NCBI GenBank assembly: GCA_050998795.1
Contig: JBPCPU010000079.1
Coordinates: forward strand, 3,257 to 67,256
Direction of reading: 5' to 3'
Length of the DNA: 64,000 nt
Source: Pyrinomonadaceae bacterium
Lineage (GTDB): Bacteria; Acidobacteriota; Blastocatellia; Pyrinomonadales; Pyrinomonadaceae
Shown here: piece by piece, positions 35,120 through 44,359 of the stretch
Numbering within the stretch: the stretch's first letter is position 1
Layout: each line of letters begins with the position of its first letter
The notes under the pieces: model-generated
What the model was told of the DNA's origin: nothing
The model's database searches: none
What the model saw: the letters and a program-made list of their open reading frames with translations, nothing else
Position numbers and translations under genes: made by a program

Positions 35120-36627
35120 TGGAAAACGTCAGACAAGCCGAAACAAGTAAAAGCATTTTCCGAAACATTGTCTACGGTTTTTCAACCTGGATAATACCGC
35201 TAATTTTAAGTTTTTTTGCTACCCGCATCATCGTCAAAACATTAGGCGATAAAGATTACGGAATTTACGCGCTTGTTTTGGGCTTTATCGGATACTCTTT
35301 TAATTTTAGTTTCGGGCGGGCGATTACCAAATATATTGCCGAATATCGCGTCAGCGGCGAAAACGAAAAAATTAAGGACGTTGTTTCAGCGACATTTTTT
35401 ATAAATTTGGCAGTAGGAATTTTCGGTGTTTCGATTATTATTTTTATTTCAAAATGGCTGGTTGTCAGTGTTTATCAGATTGAAGAAGCAAATCAGGAGA
35501 AAACGATTTTAGCTTTACATCTTGCCGCCGCAATTGTTTTTTTCTTAATGATGAGCCAGATTTTTAACGCGGTTTTGCAGGGAATTCATCGGTTTGACGT
35601 CTATTCAAATATTTTTAATCTCAATACGATCGTGATGCTGGCGGGAAATATCTATCTGGCGTTAAACGGTTACGGGTTTTTAGGTTTGTTAGTTTGGAAT
35701 TTAGTCATTTCAGCTTTGACTTGTGTCATTGTCGCCGTTATTTCAAAACGTCTTTTGCCGGAATTCGGTATAAATTTAAGACTTAAACCCGAAGTAGTTA
35801 AACTGGTTTTAGTCTACAGTGCGGGAATAATCGGTTATCAAATTCTCGCCAATCTGTTGATGCTTTTTGAGAGAGGCTGGATAACGCGACAATTAGGCGC
35901 GGAAAATCTGACTTATTATGTTGTTCCGATGCTGCTTTCGTTTTATATTCACGCATTTGTCAGCAGTATTGTTTTGGTGGTTTTTCCGCTCGCCAGCGAA
36001 TTGAAAAACAATCGTGAAAAACTTTTGCGACTTTATACCAAATCAACAAAAATCGTCTGTTTTTTTGTGTTTTTTATGGCAACGACTTTAATGATTGAAA
36101 GTAAGCTGTTTTTAACGCTGTGGCTGGGCGCGGAATTTGCCGATAAAACGTATTTGCTTTTGATTATTCATACCGTTACATTTAGTTTAGTGGCAATTCA
36201 GACGGTTTCCTGGCAGATGACGGAAGGTTTGGGTTATCCCGGCTATAACCTGATAATTTTTGTAATATGTTTGATAATAAATGTTTTATTGGTGGTTGGA
36301 TTAACTCCGGGTTACGGAAATATCGGTGTTGCCTTTGGTAGATTAGCCGGTTTCGGGACGATGTTTTTTTCCATCTATTATGTCGAAAAATGGTTTTTTC
36401 AGCGAGTCCAAACAATATTTTGGTTAAAGCTAATCGGCGCGTTGGCTGTTTCAGCCGTTTTTTCGGCAATTGTTGAAAAGTCTATCATCAGTTATTTTCA
36501 AATCTCCTGGCTGACTTTTGTTTCGGCGACCATTTGCGGCGGCATTATTTATTGTTTGATATTGTGGGTTTTGGGATTTATCACCGACGAGGAAAAACTT
36601 CTGGTCAGACGTATTCTTAACCGTTAA
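35116..36627 (+). CDS. Wzx-like flippase (MOP/polysaccharide biosynthesis protein family)
   Basis: 503 aa with about 12-14 predicted TM helices. The ATGA overlap with the upstream GT and the locus position are typical of O-unit flippases. Confidence 0.7.
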   Translation: MMENVRQAETSKSIFRNIVYGFSTWIIPLILSFFATRIIVKTLGDKDYGIYALVLGFIGYSFNFSFGRAITKYIAEYRVSGENEKIKDVVSATFFINLAVGIFGVSIIIFISKWLVVSVYQIEEANQEKTILALHLAAAIVFFLMMSQIFNAVLQGIHRFDVYSNIFNLNTIVMLAGNIYLALNGYGFLGLLVWNLVISALTCVIVAVISKRLLPEFGINLRLKPEVVKLVLVYSAGIIGYQILANLLMLFERGWITRQLGAENLTYYVVPMLLSFYIHAFVSSIVLVVFPLASELKNNREKLLRLYTKSTKIVCFFVFFMATTLMIESKLFLTLWLGAEFADKTYLLLIIHTVTFSLVAIQTVSWQMTEGLGYPGYNLIIFVICLIINVLLVVGLTPGYGNIGVAFGRLAGFGTMFFSIYYVEKWFFQRVQTIFWLKLIGALAVSAVFSAIVEKSIISYFQISWLTFVSATICGGIIYCLILWVLGFITDEEKLLVRRILNR

Positions 36628-36635
36628 GACATAAA

Positions 36636-37355
36636 ATGAGTAAAAAATTTGAACTCGTTCAAAGAGTTGAATTCATCAAAAAAGCCTGCATCGGTAAAAA
36701 AGTGCTTCATCTCGGCTGCACGGATTATCCTTTTACCAAACAGGCGATTGAAAATAATATGCTTCTTCATTTTGAGATTGAAAAAGCTGCAAGGGAACTT
36801 TACGGTTTTGATTTCGACCAAGAGGGAATTGATGTTTTAACGGAAGCAGGCGGTAAAAACTTATTCCGCGCCGATTTGGAAAAACTGGAAGATGTTCCGC
36901 TCGACGAAACCTTTGATATTATAGTTGCCGGTGAAATGATTGAACACCTTTCTAATCCCGGACTTTTTCTGAGAGGCATCAAGCGTTTTATGACGGACAA
37001 AACAAAGTTAATTATCACAACTATAAATGCTTATAGCGGAATGCGATTTTTTATTTACGGTTTGCGCGGCAAAGGCGGCGCGTGCGAACCTGTTCATCCC
37101 GACCACGTTGCCTATTATTCTTATAAAACTTTGAGTTTGGTTTTGCAGAGAGAAAAACTGTCGGTAGAAGAATTTGTATTCTATGATTTGGGACCCGAAC
37201 ATCGGCAGTTTAATAAATGGTATTATAATTTTACAAATGATTTGTGCGTTAAAATGTCGCCGCAATTAAGCGACGGTGTTGTTGCCGTTTGCCGGTTAAA
37301 CAACGGTTTCGATAATTCGGAGGCGGTTGACAGTCAAATAATTTTAGCCGGATAA
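36636..37355 (+). CDS. Class I SAM-dependent methyltransferase
   Basis: 239 aa with KKVLHLGCTDYP (motif I) and FDIIVAGEMIEHL. Confidence 0.7.
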   Translation: MSKKFELVQRVEFIKKACIGKKVLHLGCTDYPFTKQAIENNMLLHFEIEKAARELYGFDFDQEGIDVLTEAGGKNLFRADLEKLEDVPLDETFDIIVAGEMIEHLSNPGLFLRGIKRFMTDKTKLIITTINAYSGMRFFIYGLRGKGGACEPVHPDHVAYYSYKTLSLVLQREKLSVEEFVFYDLGPEHRQFNKWYYNFTNDLCVKMSPQLSDGVVAVCRLNNGFDNSEAVDSQIILAG

Positions 37356-37368
37356 ATTTTAGCAAAAC

Positions 37369-38937
37369 CTAATCCGGCTCATTTTTTTCCCATATTTCTA
37401 TCTCATACTCAACCTTATTATTGACGTCACTAAAATTATTCAACTTTTCAACCCGATGGTAATTTGTATGAACAAAGTCAGCCAACGGTGGTAAATGGAA
37501 GTCCGGCGATTGATTTGAATTATATGTTTCCCAAATCCCGTTCCAAATGATATAACGCGGAGGATTTTGTTTAAGACCTTTAATAACGTCATCTACCTGC
37601 TCAACCGAGGTGTAATTATTAGGACGAATTAACGGCAGAGGCGTCGGATTTTTTAATTGAAAAATCATATATAAACTCGGATGATGAGCTTCATAAAGAT
37701 AATCATTCGGCTGAGTATGGTCGGCGACCCATTTGTATCGGGATAAACTCTCCGCTGAAAGAGAAACGGCTGAACCGGAAGGAGTATCTAAGGAATAGAC
37801 CGGAATCGTTTGTCGTTGAACGATATAAGATAAACCAAGCAGACCTGAAATAATCAAAAAAGACAGTATAATTTTAGGCAAATGAAAAAGATATTGAATA
37901 ATCCAAACTAACGAAATTAAACCCGGCAGAGAAATTTGGTAAAAACGTGCAGAAGACGGCGACGAAAAAACACCGATGGCTAAAAACAGACCTGCCAAAT
38001 TTATAAAAATTAACTGTAATTTTTTTTCATCGGAAATTGTTTGACGCTTAAACCATAAAACAACGAAAAAAAGTAAATAAACCCAGGGAATCAAAAAATA
38101 GTTGAATAATACAGGCACGGCTTGTCTCAAATAAAGCGATAAAGGTGTTTCCCGGAAGCCCGGAACATCTCTTAAAAAAGCGCGGGGGTTGTTCCAAACA
38201 TCGGCGGGATAATGTTTGACCGGAAAAACAAACGTCGCAAAATAGAAGGTTTCAAATCCGGCTGTGATTATGAAATAAATCGAGATAAAACCGATTATCA
38301 AAGCAAAAGGTAAAACGACCCAAATAATTGAACGGATAAATGCCGATAAATTTTGCTTTGTATAAAATTTTTCAACTGCCAGAAAAAAAATTATTGCCGT
38401 CATCCCGACCAGCCCGCGCGGTTGCGTAAAGCAGGAAGCGAGTCCGCAAAATGTGCCTGCCAGAAAAAGTCTCGACGAAGTTCTTTGAGAAAATAAAACT
38501 GCAACGGCAAGCAAAACGGCGAGAACGCTAAAAAAGCGATGACTTCCATCAATCCCTAAAGGTCTGAAGCCGATTATTATAAAAATGGAAACCGGTAAAT
38601 AAACCGCCCATCCGCTCAGGAGTTGGCGGGAGAAAAATAAGCCGACGGCTGATAAACTGAGAAGCAGACAAAAAATAGCCGCGTTCAATATCCATAATTT
38701 GACACCGAATAATTTGAAGAAAACGAGATAAAAAAATTCCGTTCCCGGAAACGTGAAAAGGAAGAAATCCCGGAATGCAACTTCGCCTTGAAACAATCGC
38801 CAGGCGTTTGACAGATGAACTGCGTGGTCACCTTCAAATAAAATCGGAGTGGCGGGAAATCGGAAAAGCTGGAGATATAAAAAAAAAGCTGTCAACGATA
38901 AAAATAATATCGTTGAACGATAAGGTGAATTGAACAT
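37369..38937 (-). CDS. Polytopic membrane protein, possibly a GT-C-type glycosyltransferase
   Basis: 522 aa with many TM helices and an acidic first-loop motif (FEGDHAVHL). It is the only minus-strand gene in the EPS locus. The family assignment is tentative. Confidence 0.35.
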   Translation of the reverse strand: MFNSPYRSTILFLSLTAFFLYLQLFRFPATPILFEGDHAVHLSNAWRLFQGEVAFRDFFLFTFPGTEFFYLVFFKLFGVKLWILNAAIFCLLLSLSAVGLFFSRQLLSGWAVYLPVSIFIIIGFRPLGIDGSHRFFSVLAVLLAVAVLFSQRTSSRLFLAGTFCGLASCFTQPRGLVGMTAIIFFLAVEKFYTKQNLSAFIRSIIWVVLPFALIIGFISIYFIITAGFETFYFATFVFPVKHYPADVWNNPRAFLRDVPGFRETPLSLYLRQAVPVLFNYFLIPWVYLLFFVVLWFKRQTISDEKKLQLIFINLAGLFLAIGVFSSPSSARFYQISLPGLISLVWIIQYLFHLPKIILSFLIISGLLGLSYIVQRQTIPVYSLDTPSGSAVSLSAESLSRYKWVADHTQPNDYLYEAHHPSLYMIFQLKNPTPLPLIRPNNYTSVEQVDDVIKGLKQNPPRYIIWNGIWETYNSNQSPDFHLPPLADFVHTNYHRVEKLNNFSDVNNKVEYEIEIWEKNEPD

Positions 38938-39006
38938 ATTTTTAAAGACAATATAGCAATTATTAAGCTAAAGTTAAAATATCGGGTTGGTTTTATTTAT
39001 CAACCT

Positions 39007-39096
39007 GACTTTCTCAAAAATGCAGAAGCCCGCACGAGAGGCGAGGCGCACAGCCCACTGGACTCTCGGGCATGTTTCCGCATTTTTGAGAAAGTC
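39007..39096. repeat. 90-nt palindromic element, copy A (upstream of the Wzy-like gene)
   Basis: The arms are gactttctcaaaaatgcagaagcccgcacgagag and ctctcgggcatgtttccgcatttttgagaaagtc, with a 22-nt loop. Confidence 0.85.
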
Positions 39097-39165
39097 CTAT
39101 AATAACTGTTTTCTTCTAAAAAGTTTTCATTTATGAGATACTAAACAAACAATTTTGAAAGTTTT

Positions 39166-40701
39166 ATGATGAGGTTAGAAACAAAAATTCCAAAATTTCA
39201 GAGCGATAGTAATAAAGCATTGTTAATTCCTATTTTAGCCATTGCTTTGTTTATTTTCATTGGCGGATTTTTGATGCTGGTGCTGCTCGACGACCAATCA
39301 AATCCGTTTAAGGACGCATATTTATTACCCTGGATTATTATGTTGGGGATTGTTATCGCCGTCCCGAACTTTTATTTAATTTACAAAGGTCGTTTTCATT
39401 TATTCAATCCGATAGTTTTTGCCGCGTGGTCATATTTTGTTCCGGCATTTTTCTTCGGCGGACTGATTTTAGCAAGCGGTCTTTCGCAGCCGTTCTTTTT
39501 GATTTATGTTGAAGACGAAAGATATAATCTGCCGTTAACGCTGGTTTATGTGGCACTCGGGTATGGCGGTTTAGCACTCGGTTTTCTGCTTCCTTACGGA
39601 AAAAAAATCGGGGATAAAATCAATGATCGGTTACCGGACTGGCATTGGAAACCGGAAAATGTATTTCTGCCCGGCATTTTATTACTGGCAATCGGCGTCG
39701 GCAACAGCATTGTTGCTTTCGGCGCCGGCATTTTGGGTTATCAAAAGGTAGCCGAAGTCGGCGCATACGACGGTTTGATTTTTTTATTAACGCTCTTTTG
39801 GTTGGAAGCCGGTTTTTTGTTGTGGTTGAGTATTTTTAAGGTTAAGAAGTTAAATTTTAATCATATTTTAATAATCGGTCTTTTGTTGACGACGTCTTTG
39901 ACAAAATCCGTCTTTCAGGGCAATCGGGGAAGTTTGTTTGGACTTTTTATTATGGTGGCTTGCGCGTTTGTGTTTTCCGGCAGGCAAATACAAGTAAAAC
40001 ATCAGATATATGGAGCTTTCCTATTAGTTTTGGCGCTAGCGGCGGGAATGATTTACGGAACGACCTTCCGCAACGTCAAACAAACCGAAGAGCGGGTAAG
40101 TTTTGAAGAATACAGCGAAGTTATCGGCAATACATTCGATAAACTGGGTGACCAGGATTTAGTTGATAATTTGGGGCAGGGCGTTTCGGCTTTGACCGAA
40201 CGGATTGAAGGCGTCAGTTCGCTGGCAGTGGTAGTTTCCAATTACGAAAAATTAGAACCATATGAAGAAAGCTATGGGATAAAAGATAATATTATCAACG
40301 ACAGTTTTTACTTTTTTATTCCGAGACCGCTGTGGCAAAATAAACCGGTTGGTTCCGAACCGCGAAAATATGCCGATTTATATTTTAATTTCAGTGAAAA
40401 TTCGTTTGCCGTCACGCCGATGGGTGACCTTTTACGAAATTTCGGACCGGTTGGCATACCGCTCGGAATGATTTTACTGGGATTTATTTTACGCATTATT
40501 TACGCTTCACTGGTTGAAAACAAAGATTGTTCAATCTGGCGTGTAACGCTGTTTTATATGCTGTTAACGAGTGTTTCATACGAAGGATTCTACGGAACGA
40601 TTATTCCGTATTTAATCAAATACGGCTTGATTGCGGTTATCGGAATTATATTTATCTGGTTTTTTCAGATTAGAATTAATCAACCGCGATTGAAAGGTTA
40701 G
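39166..40701 (+). CDS. Wzy-like oligosaccharide repeat-unit polymerase (polytopic membrane protein)
   Basis: 511 aa with more than 10 TM helices and a large loop in the C-terminal half. Its position is next to the Wzx and GT genes. Assigned by architecture and context only. Confidence 0.45.
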   Translation: MMRLETKIPKFQSDSNKALLIPILAIALFIFIGGFLMLVLLDDQSNPFKDAYLLPWIIMLGIVIAVPNFYLIYKGRFHLFNPIVFAAWSYFVPAFFFGGLILASGLSQPFFLIYVEDERYNLPLTLVYVALGYGGLALGFLLPYGKKIGDKINDRLPDWHWKPENVFLPGILLLAIGVGNSIVAFGAGILGYQKVAEVGAYDGLIFLLTLFWLEAGFLLWLSIFKVKKLNFNHILIIGLLLTTSLTKSVFQGNRGSLFGLFIMVACAFVFSGRQIQVKHQIYGAFLLVLALAAGMIYGTTFRNVKQTEERVSFEEYSEVIGNTFDKLGDQDLVDNLGQGVSALTERIEGVSSLAVVVSNYEKLEPYEESYGIKDNIINDSFYFFIPRPLWQNKPVGSEPRKYADLYFNFSENSFAVTPMGDLLRNFGPVGIPLGMILLGFILRIIYASLVENKDCSIWRVTLFYMLLTSVSYEGFYGTIIPYLIKYGLIAVIGIIFIWFFQIRINQPRLKG

Positions 40702-40735
40702 AGTAAAAAAACTTTAACTGATTTTAGATAAACAG

Positions 40736-40823
40736 GATTTTCTCAAAAATGCGGAAACACGCACGAAATAAGTGTGATGTTCGTCCCGACTCTCGGGCGG
40801 GCTTCTGCAAAAAACGGGAAAGT
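40736..40823. repeat. Palindromic element, copy B (downstream of the Wzy-like gene), inverted relative to copy A
   Basis: The arms are gattttctcaaaaatgcggaaacacgcacgaaa and ctctcgggcgggcttctgcaaaaaacgggaaagt. It aligns better to the reverse complement of copy A than to copy A itself. Confidence 0.75.
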
Positions 40824-40842
40824 TTTAACAAATAAATTTTAA

Positions 40843-41859
40843 ATGGAAAAGGTAGTTTTTACCAACGGATGTTTTGACCTGATTCATCCCGGACACATTG
40901 ATTTGCTCAGGCAAGCCCGCGATTTAGGCACAAAGTTGATTGTCGGTATTAACAGTGATTCTTCCGTGCGAAAAATCAAAGGCAATTCAAAACCTTTTCA
41001 ATCACAAGAAGACCGGGCGGCAATTTTAAGCGGCTTGCGGTTTGTTGACGAAGTGAGAATTTTTGACGAATTAACTCCCGAAAAACTTATTGAAGAAATA
41101 AAGCCGGACATACTGGTGAAGGGCGGCGATTGGGATATAAGAGAAATAATCGGCGCGGATTTCGTGTCTGAAAACGGCGGCAAGGTTTTTTCGATTCCTT
41201 TAAAAAAAGGTTATTCCTCGAGCGTGATAGCCGAAAAAATCCGCCAAACAGATGAAAGACCGATTGAGTATAATTTTGCCAAAAATACTCAAACGGATTT
41301 AATAGAAAATTCCCTGACATCACATATTTCCTTATTTCAAAACATTTTACTTCAGGAAATACCGAATATTAACAATTGCGCCGAACTTATTTTTGAAACT
41401 CTCCGGCAAGGTAATAAAATTCTGATTTGCGGAAACGGCGGAAGCGCGGCGGACGCGCAGCATATCGCAGCGGAATTTGTCGGACGTTTTGAAACGGAAA
41501 GAAAAGCATTACCGGCAATCGCTTTAACGACCGACACATCAGCCATAACTGCGTTGGCTAACGATTACAATTTTGAACGGGTTTTTTCCAGACAAATCGA
41601 AGCTCTCGGAAAAAAAGGCGATTTATTAATCGCCATCAGCACGAGCGGAAATTCGCCCAATGTTATTTCAGCCGTGATGACTGCGCGGCAAATCGGCTGT
41701 AAAATACTGGGAATGACGGGCGCGAACGGCAAAAAATTAGCTTCTTTAAGTGATGAATGCCTGAAGGTTTCCGCCGCGCGCACCGCCCGAATTCAAGAAG
41801 CACATATAACAATTGCACATATCTGGTGTGAAATTATTGACTCAAAATATAAAAAGTAG
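40843..41859 (+). CDS. Fusion protein: heptose-1-phosphate adenylyltransferase (RfaE domain II/HldC) + phosphoheptose isomerase (GmhA)
   Basis: The N-terminal VVFTNGCFDLIHPGHIDLLRQARDLGTKLIVGINSDSSVRKIKG...ILVKGGDW is a cytidylyltransferase-fold HldC. The C-terminal ILICGNGGSAADAQHIAAEFVGRFETERKALPAIALTTDTSAITALANDY...ISTSGNSPNV...RIQEAHI is the SIS-domain GmhA. Confidence 0.85.
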   Translation: MEKVVFTNGCFDLIHPGHIDLLRQARDLGTKLIVGINSDSSVRKIKGNSKPFQSQEDRAAILSGLRFVDEVRIFDELTPEKLIEEIKPDILVKGGDWDIREIIGADFVSENGGKVFSIPLKKGYSSSVIAEKIRQTDERPIEYNFAKNTQTDLIENSLTSHISLFQNILLQEIPNINNCAELIFETLRQGNKILICGNGGSAADAQHIAAEFVGRFETERKALPAIALTTDTSAITALANDYNFERVFSRQIEALGKKGDLLIAISTSGNSPNVISAVMTARQIGCKILGMTGANGKKLASLSDECLKVSAARTARIQEAHITIAHIWCEIIDSKYKK

Positions 41860-41904
41860 TGAATCGTAAATAGTAAATAGTGAATAGAAAAGCCAAATCT
41901 ATTC
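41860..41904. repeat. Heptamer tandem repeat (gtgaatc gtaaata gtaaata gtgaata) plus small hairpin
   Basis: It starts right after the stop codon of the HldC-GmhA gene. gaatag ... ctattc forms a short stem. Confidence 0.7.
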
Positions 41905-41973
41905 CGGTGCAGCAGTTTAGGTTTTCCTTAAAATCTAATTTAATTGTGAACGATTACCTAAACAATAAAAAAG

Positions 41974-42957
41974 TTGACTAAAACCAAAATGAAGATTTTA
42001 GAAAACTTCTCGAAAGTAAAAGTTTTAGTAGTGGGCGATGTGATGCTTGACCGTTTTTGGTGGGGAAATGTCAGCCGCATTTCGCCGGAAGCACCTGTTC
42101 CGGTAGTAAATTTACAAAATACGAGTTTGGCTGCCGGCGGCGCGGCAAATGTCGCCGCCAATATTGCCGGACTTGGCGCAGAACCTTTACTTGTCGGTGT
42201 TATCGGCGGGGACGAAGAAGCAAAATTATTTCCCGACGTATTAAACAAATCAAACGTCAGCGCGAACTTTTTAGTAAAAATTCCGACCCGCCAAACTACG
42301 ATAAAAACCCGTGTTGTTGCCCATAGCCAACAAATTGTCCGCATTGACCGGGAAACTAAAGAGAATTTGAATCAAAAGGAAGAACAAAAGGTTTGGGAGA
42401 AGGTATTAAGTTTATTGGAAAAGGCGGAAATTGTCATTATTTCGGATTATGCCAAAGGAGTTTTGACGGATAATCTGCTTGAGCGGCTGATAACGACTGC
42501 GAAAGTAGAAGACAAACTTGTTTTGGTTGACCCGAAAGGAAAAAATTATTCAAAATACAGAGGCGCAACTCTGTTAACGCCAAATCAGAGGGAAGCTGCC
42601 GAAGCCTGTAACTTGGAAGAAACCGGAGAAGACTTTGTTGAAAAATCAGGAAATATCTTATTGGAGAATTTGTCGGTTGAGGCTCTCTTAATCACCCGCG
42701 GAGAAAAGGGAATGAGTTTATTTCAGAAAAACAAAGAAATCGCGCACTTGAACTCGCTCGCACGCCAAGTCTATGATGTAACCGGCGCGGGCGACACCGT
42801 TATCGCAAGTTTAGCAGTTGCGCTGGCATCGGGAGCAGATTTTTATGAGGCGGCAAATATAGCAAATATCTCGGCAGGTTTGGTCGTCGAACAAATCGGC
42901 ACAACGGCAATTTCTATAAAGACGCTTCGGAATGCGCTTGCCGACAAGAGTTTATAA
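41974..42957 (+). CDS. hldA: D-glycero-beta-D-manno-heptose-7-phosphate kinase (RfaE domain I / HldA, PfkB family)
   Basis: VLVVGDVMLDRFWWGNVSRISPEAPVPVVNL...AGGAANVAANIAGLGA...VRIDRE and the C-terminal DVTGAGDTVIA are present. TTG at 41974 or ATG at 41989 is the possible start. Confidence 0.85.
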   Translation: MTKTKMKILENFSKVKVLVVGDVMLDRFWWGNVSRISPEAPVPVVNLQNTSLAAGGAANVAANIAGLGAEPLLVGVIGGDEEAKLFPDVLNKSNVSANFLVKIPTRQTTIKTRVVAHSQQIVRIDRETKENLNQKEEQKVWEKVLSLLEKAEIVIISDYAKGVLTDNLLERLITTAKVEDKLVLVDPKGKNYSKYRGATLLTPNQREAAEACNLEETGEDFVEKSGNILLENLSVEALLITRGEKGMSLFQKNKEIAHLNSLARQVYDVTGAGDTVIASLAVALASGADFYEAANIANISAGLVVEQIGTTAISIKTLRNALADKSL

Positions 42958-43003
42958 ATTTTTACCAGGTCTTGAAATTACTTATTTATCAAGGTCGGTC
43001 TTA

Positions 43004-43166
43004 AGTGTATTGACAAATTACGTTGGAGAGCCATAACTATTCGCTGTTCGCTATCACCTATTCGCTGTTTTTCAAAGAATCTCTTCGTTTATTAGTGAAT
43101 AGCTGACAGCGAACAGCGAATAACGGACAATCCATTTGACCACCTCACCTAATTTGTCAAAACACT
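43004..43166. repeat. 163-nt TIR element, copy 2 (same family as 32676-32838), heptamer arms (attcgct/gttcgct)
   Basis: The TIRs are agtgtattgacaaattacgt and acctaatttgtcaaaacact. The inner arms are ctattcgctgttcgctatcacctattcgctg and cagcgaacagcgaataacgg. It has the same central tcaaagaat...agtgaa core and cctcacctaa as copy 1. Confidence 0.8.
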
Positions 43167-43194
43167 TAATTACTAAACAAAAGAAATAATCACA

Positions 43195-44208
43195 ATGAAT
43201 AAAAAGGCTTTGATTACAGGCATTACCGGACAGGACGGCAGTTATTTGGCGGAGTATCTTCTCGGCTTGGGTTATGAAGTTCACGGATTGGTGCGGCGGG
43301 TCGCGTTGGAAGACCCGCAGCGAAGATTCACACGAATCAGTCATTTACTTGATAAAATAACGCTCCATCCGGCAAGTTTGGAAAGCTATCCGAGCATTTT
43401 CCACGTTGTCAGCCGACATAATTTCGATGAATGCTATCATCTCGCGGCGCAAAGTTTCGTCGCCGAAAGTTTTGCCGACGGTTTTTCGACAATGAACACG
43501 AATATCAACGGCACACATTATATGCTGGCGGCAATTCGTGAACTGCGTCCCGAATGCCGTTTTTACTTTGCCGGAACGAGTGAAATGTTTGGTAAGGTAA
43601 AGGAGATACCGCAACGGGAAACTACGCCTTTTCATCCTCGCAGTCCGTACGGCATCAGTAAAGTTGCCGGTTTTGAACTGACGAGAAATTACCGCGAAGC
43701 ATATAATATGTTTTGCAGCAGCGGACTTCTCTTCAACCACGAAGGACCAAGACGCGGGTTTGAATTTGTCACGCGCAAAATCACCAGCACCGTGGCGCGT
43801 ATTAAATCAGGACTTGCCTCGGAACTTCGTTTAGGCAATCTCGAAGCCCGGCGGGATTGGGGACACGCCGCCGATTATGTTCGCGCCATGCACGCGATGC
43901 TGCAACAATCCGAACCTGAAGATTTTGTCGTAGCAACGGGAGAAACCCATTCGGTTCGAGAGTTTTGTGAGTTAGCTTTCGCACAGGTTGAGCTTGATTA
44001 CCGTGATTACGTTGTGATTGATGAAAAACATTACCGACCCGCCGAAGTTGATATGCTGATCGGCGATTCGACCAAAGCCCGGCAAATACTCAATTGGCAA
44101 CCCGAATATACATTCTCTGAATTGGTAAAAGAGATGGTTGAAAAAGATTTGGAGTTGACGGCTTTGCAGCCGGGAAGGTTGGCGGCATCCGAAAATACAA
44201 ACCGTTAA
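43195..44208 (+). CDS. gmd: GDP-mannose 4,6-dehydratase
   Basis: 337 aa with KKALITGITGQDGSYLAEYLL, SEMFG, SPYGISK, FNHEGPRRG and FVTRKIT. Confidence 0.9.
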   Translation: MNKKALITGITGQDGSYLAEYLLGLGYEVHGLVRRVALEDPQRRFTRISHLLDKITLHPASLESYPSIFHVVSRHNFDECYHLAAQSFVAESFADGFSTMNTNINGTHYMLAAIRELRPECRFYFAGTSEMFGKVKEIPQRETTPFHPRSPYGISKVAGFELTRNYREAYNMFCSSGLLFNHEGPRRGFEFVTRKITSTVARIKSGLASELRLGNLEARRDWGHAADYVRAMHAMLQQSEPEDFVVATGETHSVREFCELAFAQVELDYRDYVVIDEKHYRPAEVDMLIGDSTKARQILNWQPEYTFSELVKEMVEKDLELTALQPGRLAASENTNR

Positions 44209-44359
44209 ATTTATTTATCAAGAGTCAGCTTTGTTTGTCAAAATCCGTTCGGGACTATTGCTCAACTTTGACTCGAACTTCCCTGAATTTCGGACAAGTT
44301 TTTTTAATCGCCAAAAATCCGTTTGTCCGACTGCTTGCTTGAATCTAAGGTTGTTATTT

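Noticed and set aside
41958-42344. 128-aa minus-strand ORF; likewise 43345-43740 (131 aa)
   Set aside because: They are antisense to hldA and gmd respectively, both of which carry unambiguous family motifs.
44231-44359. N-terminal extension of the GT4 gene
   Set aside because: It has a non-ATG start, and the 43 extra residues have no GT-B counterpart. The ATG at 44360 gives the usual MKPKIVYV start.
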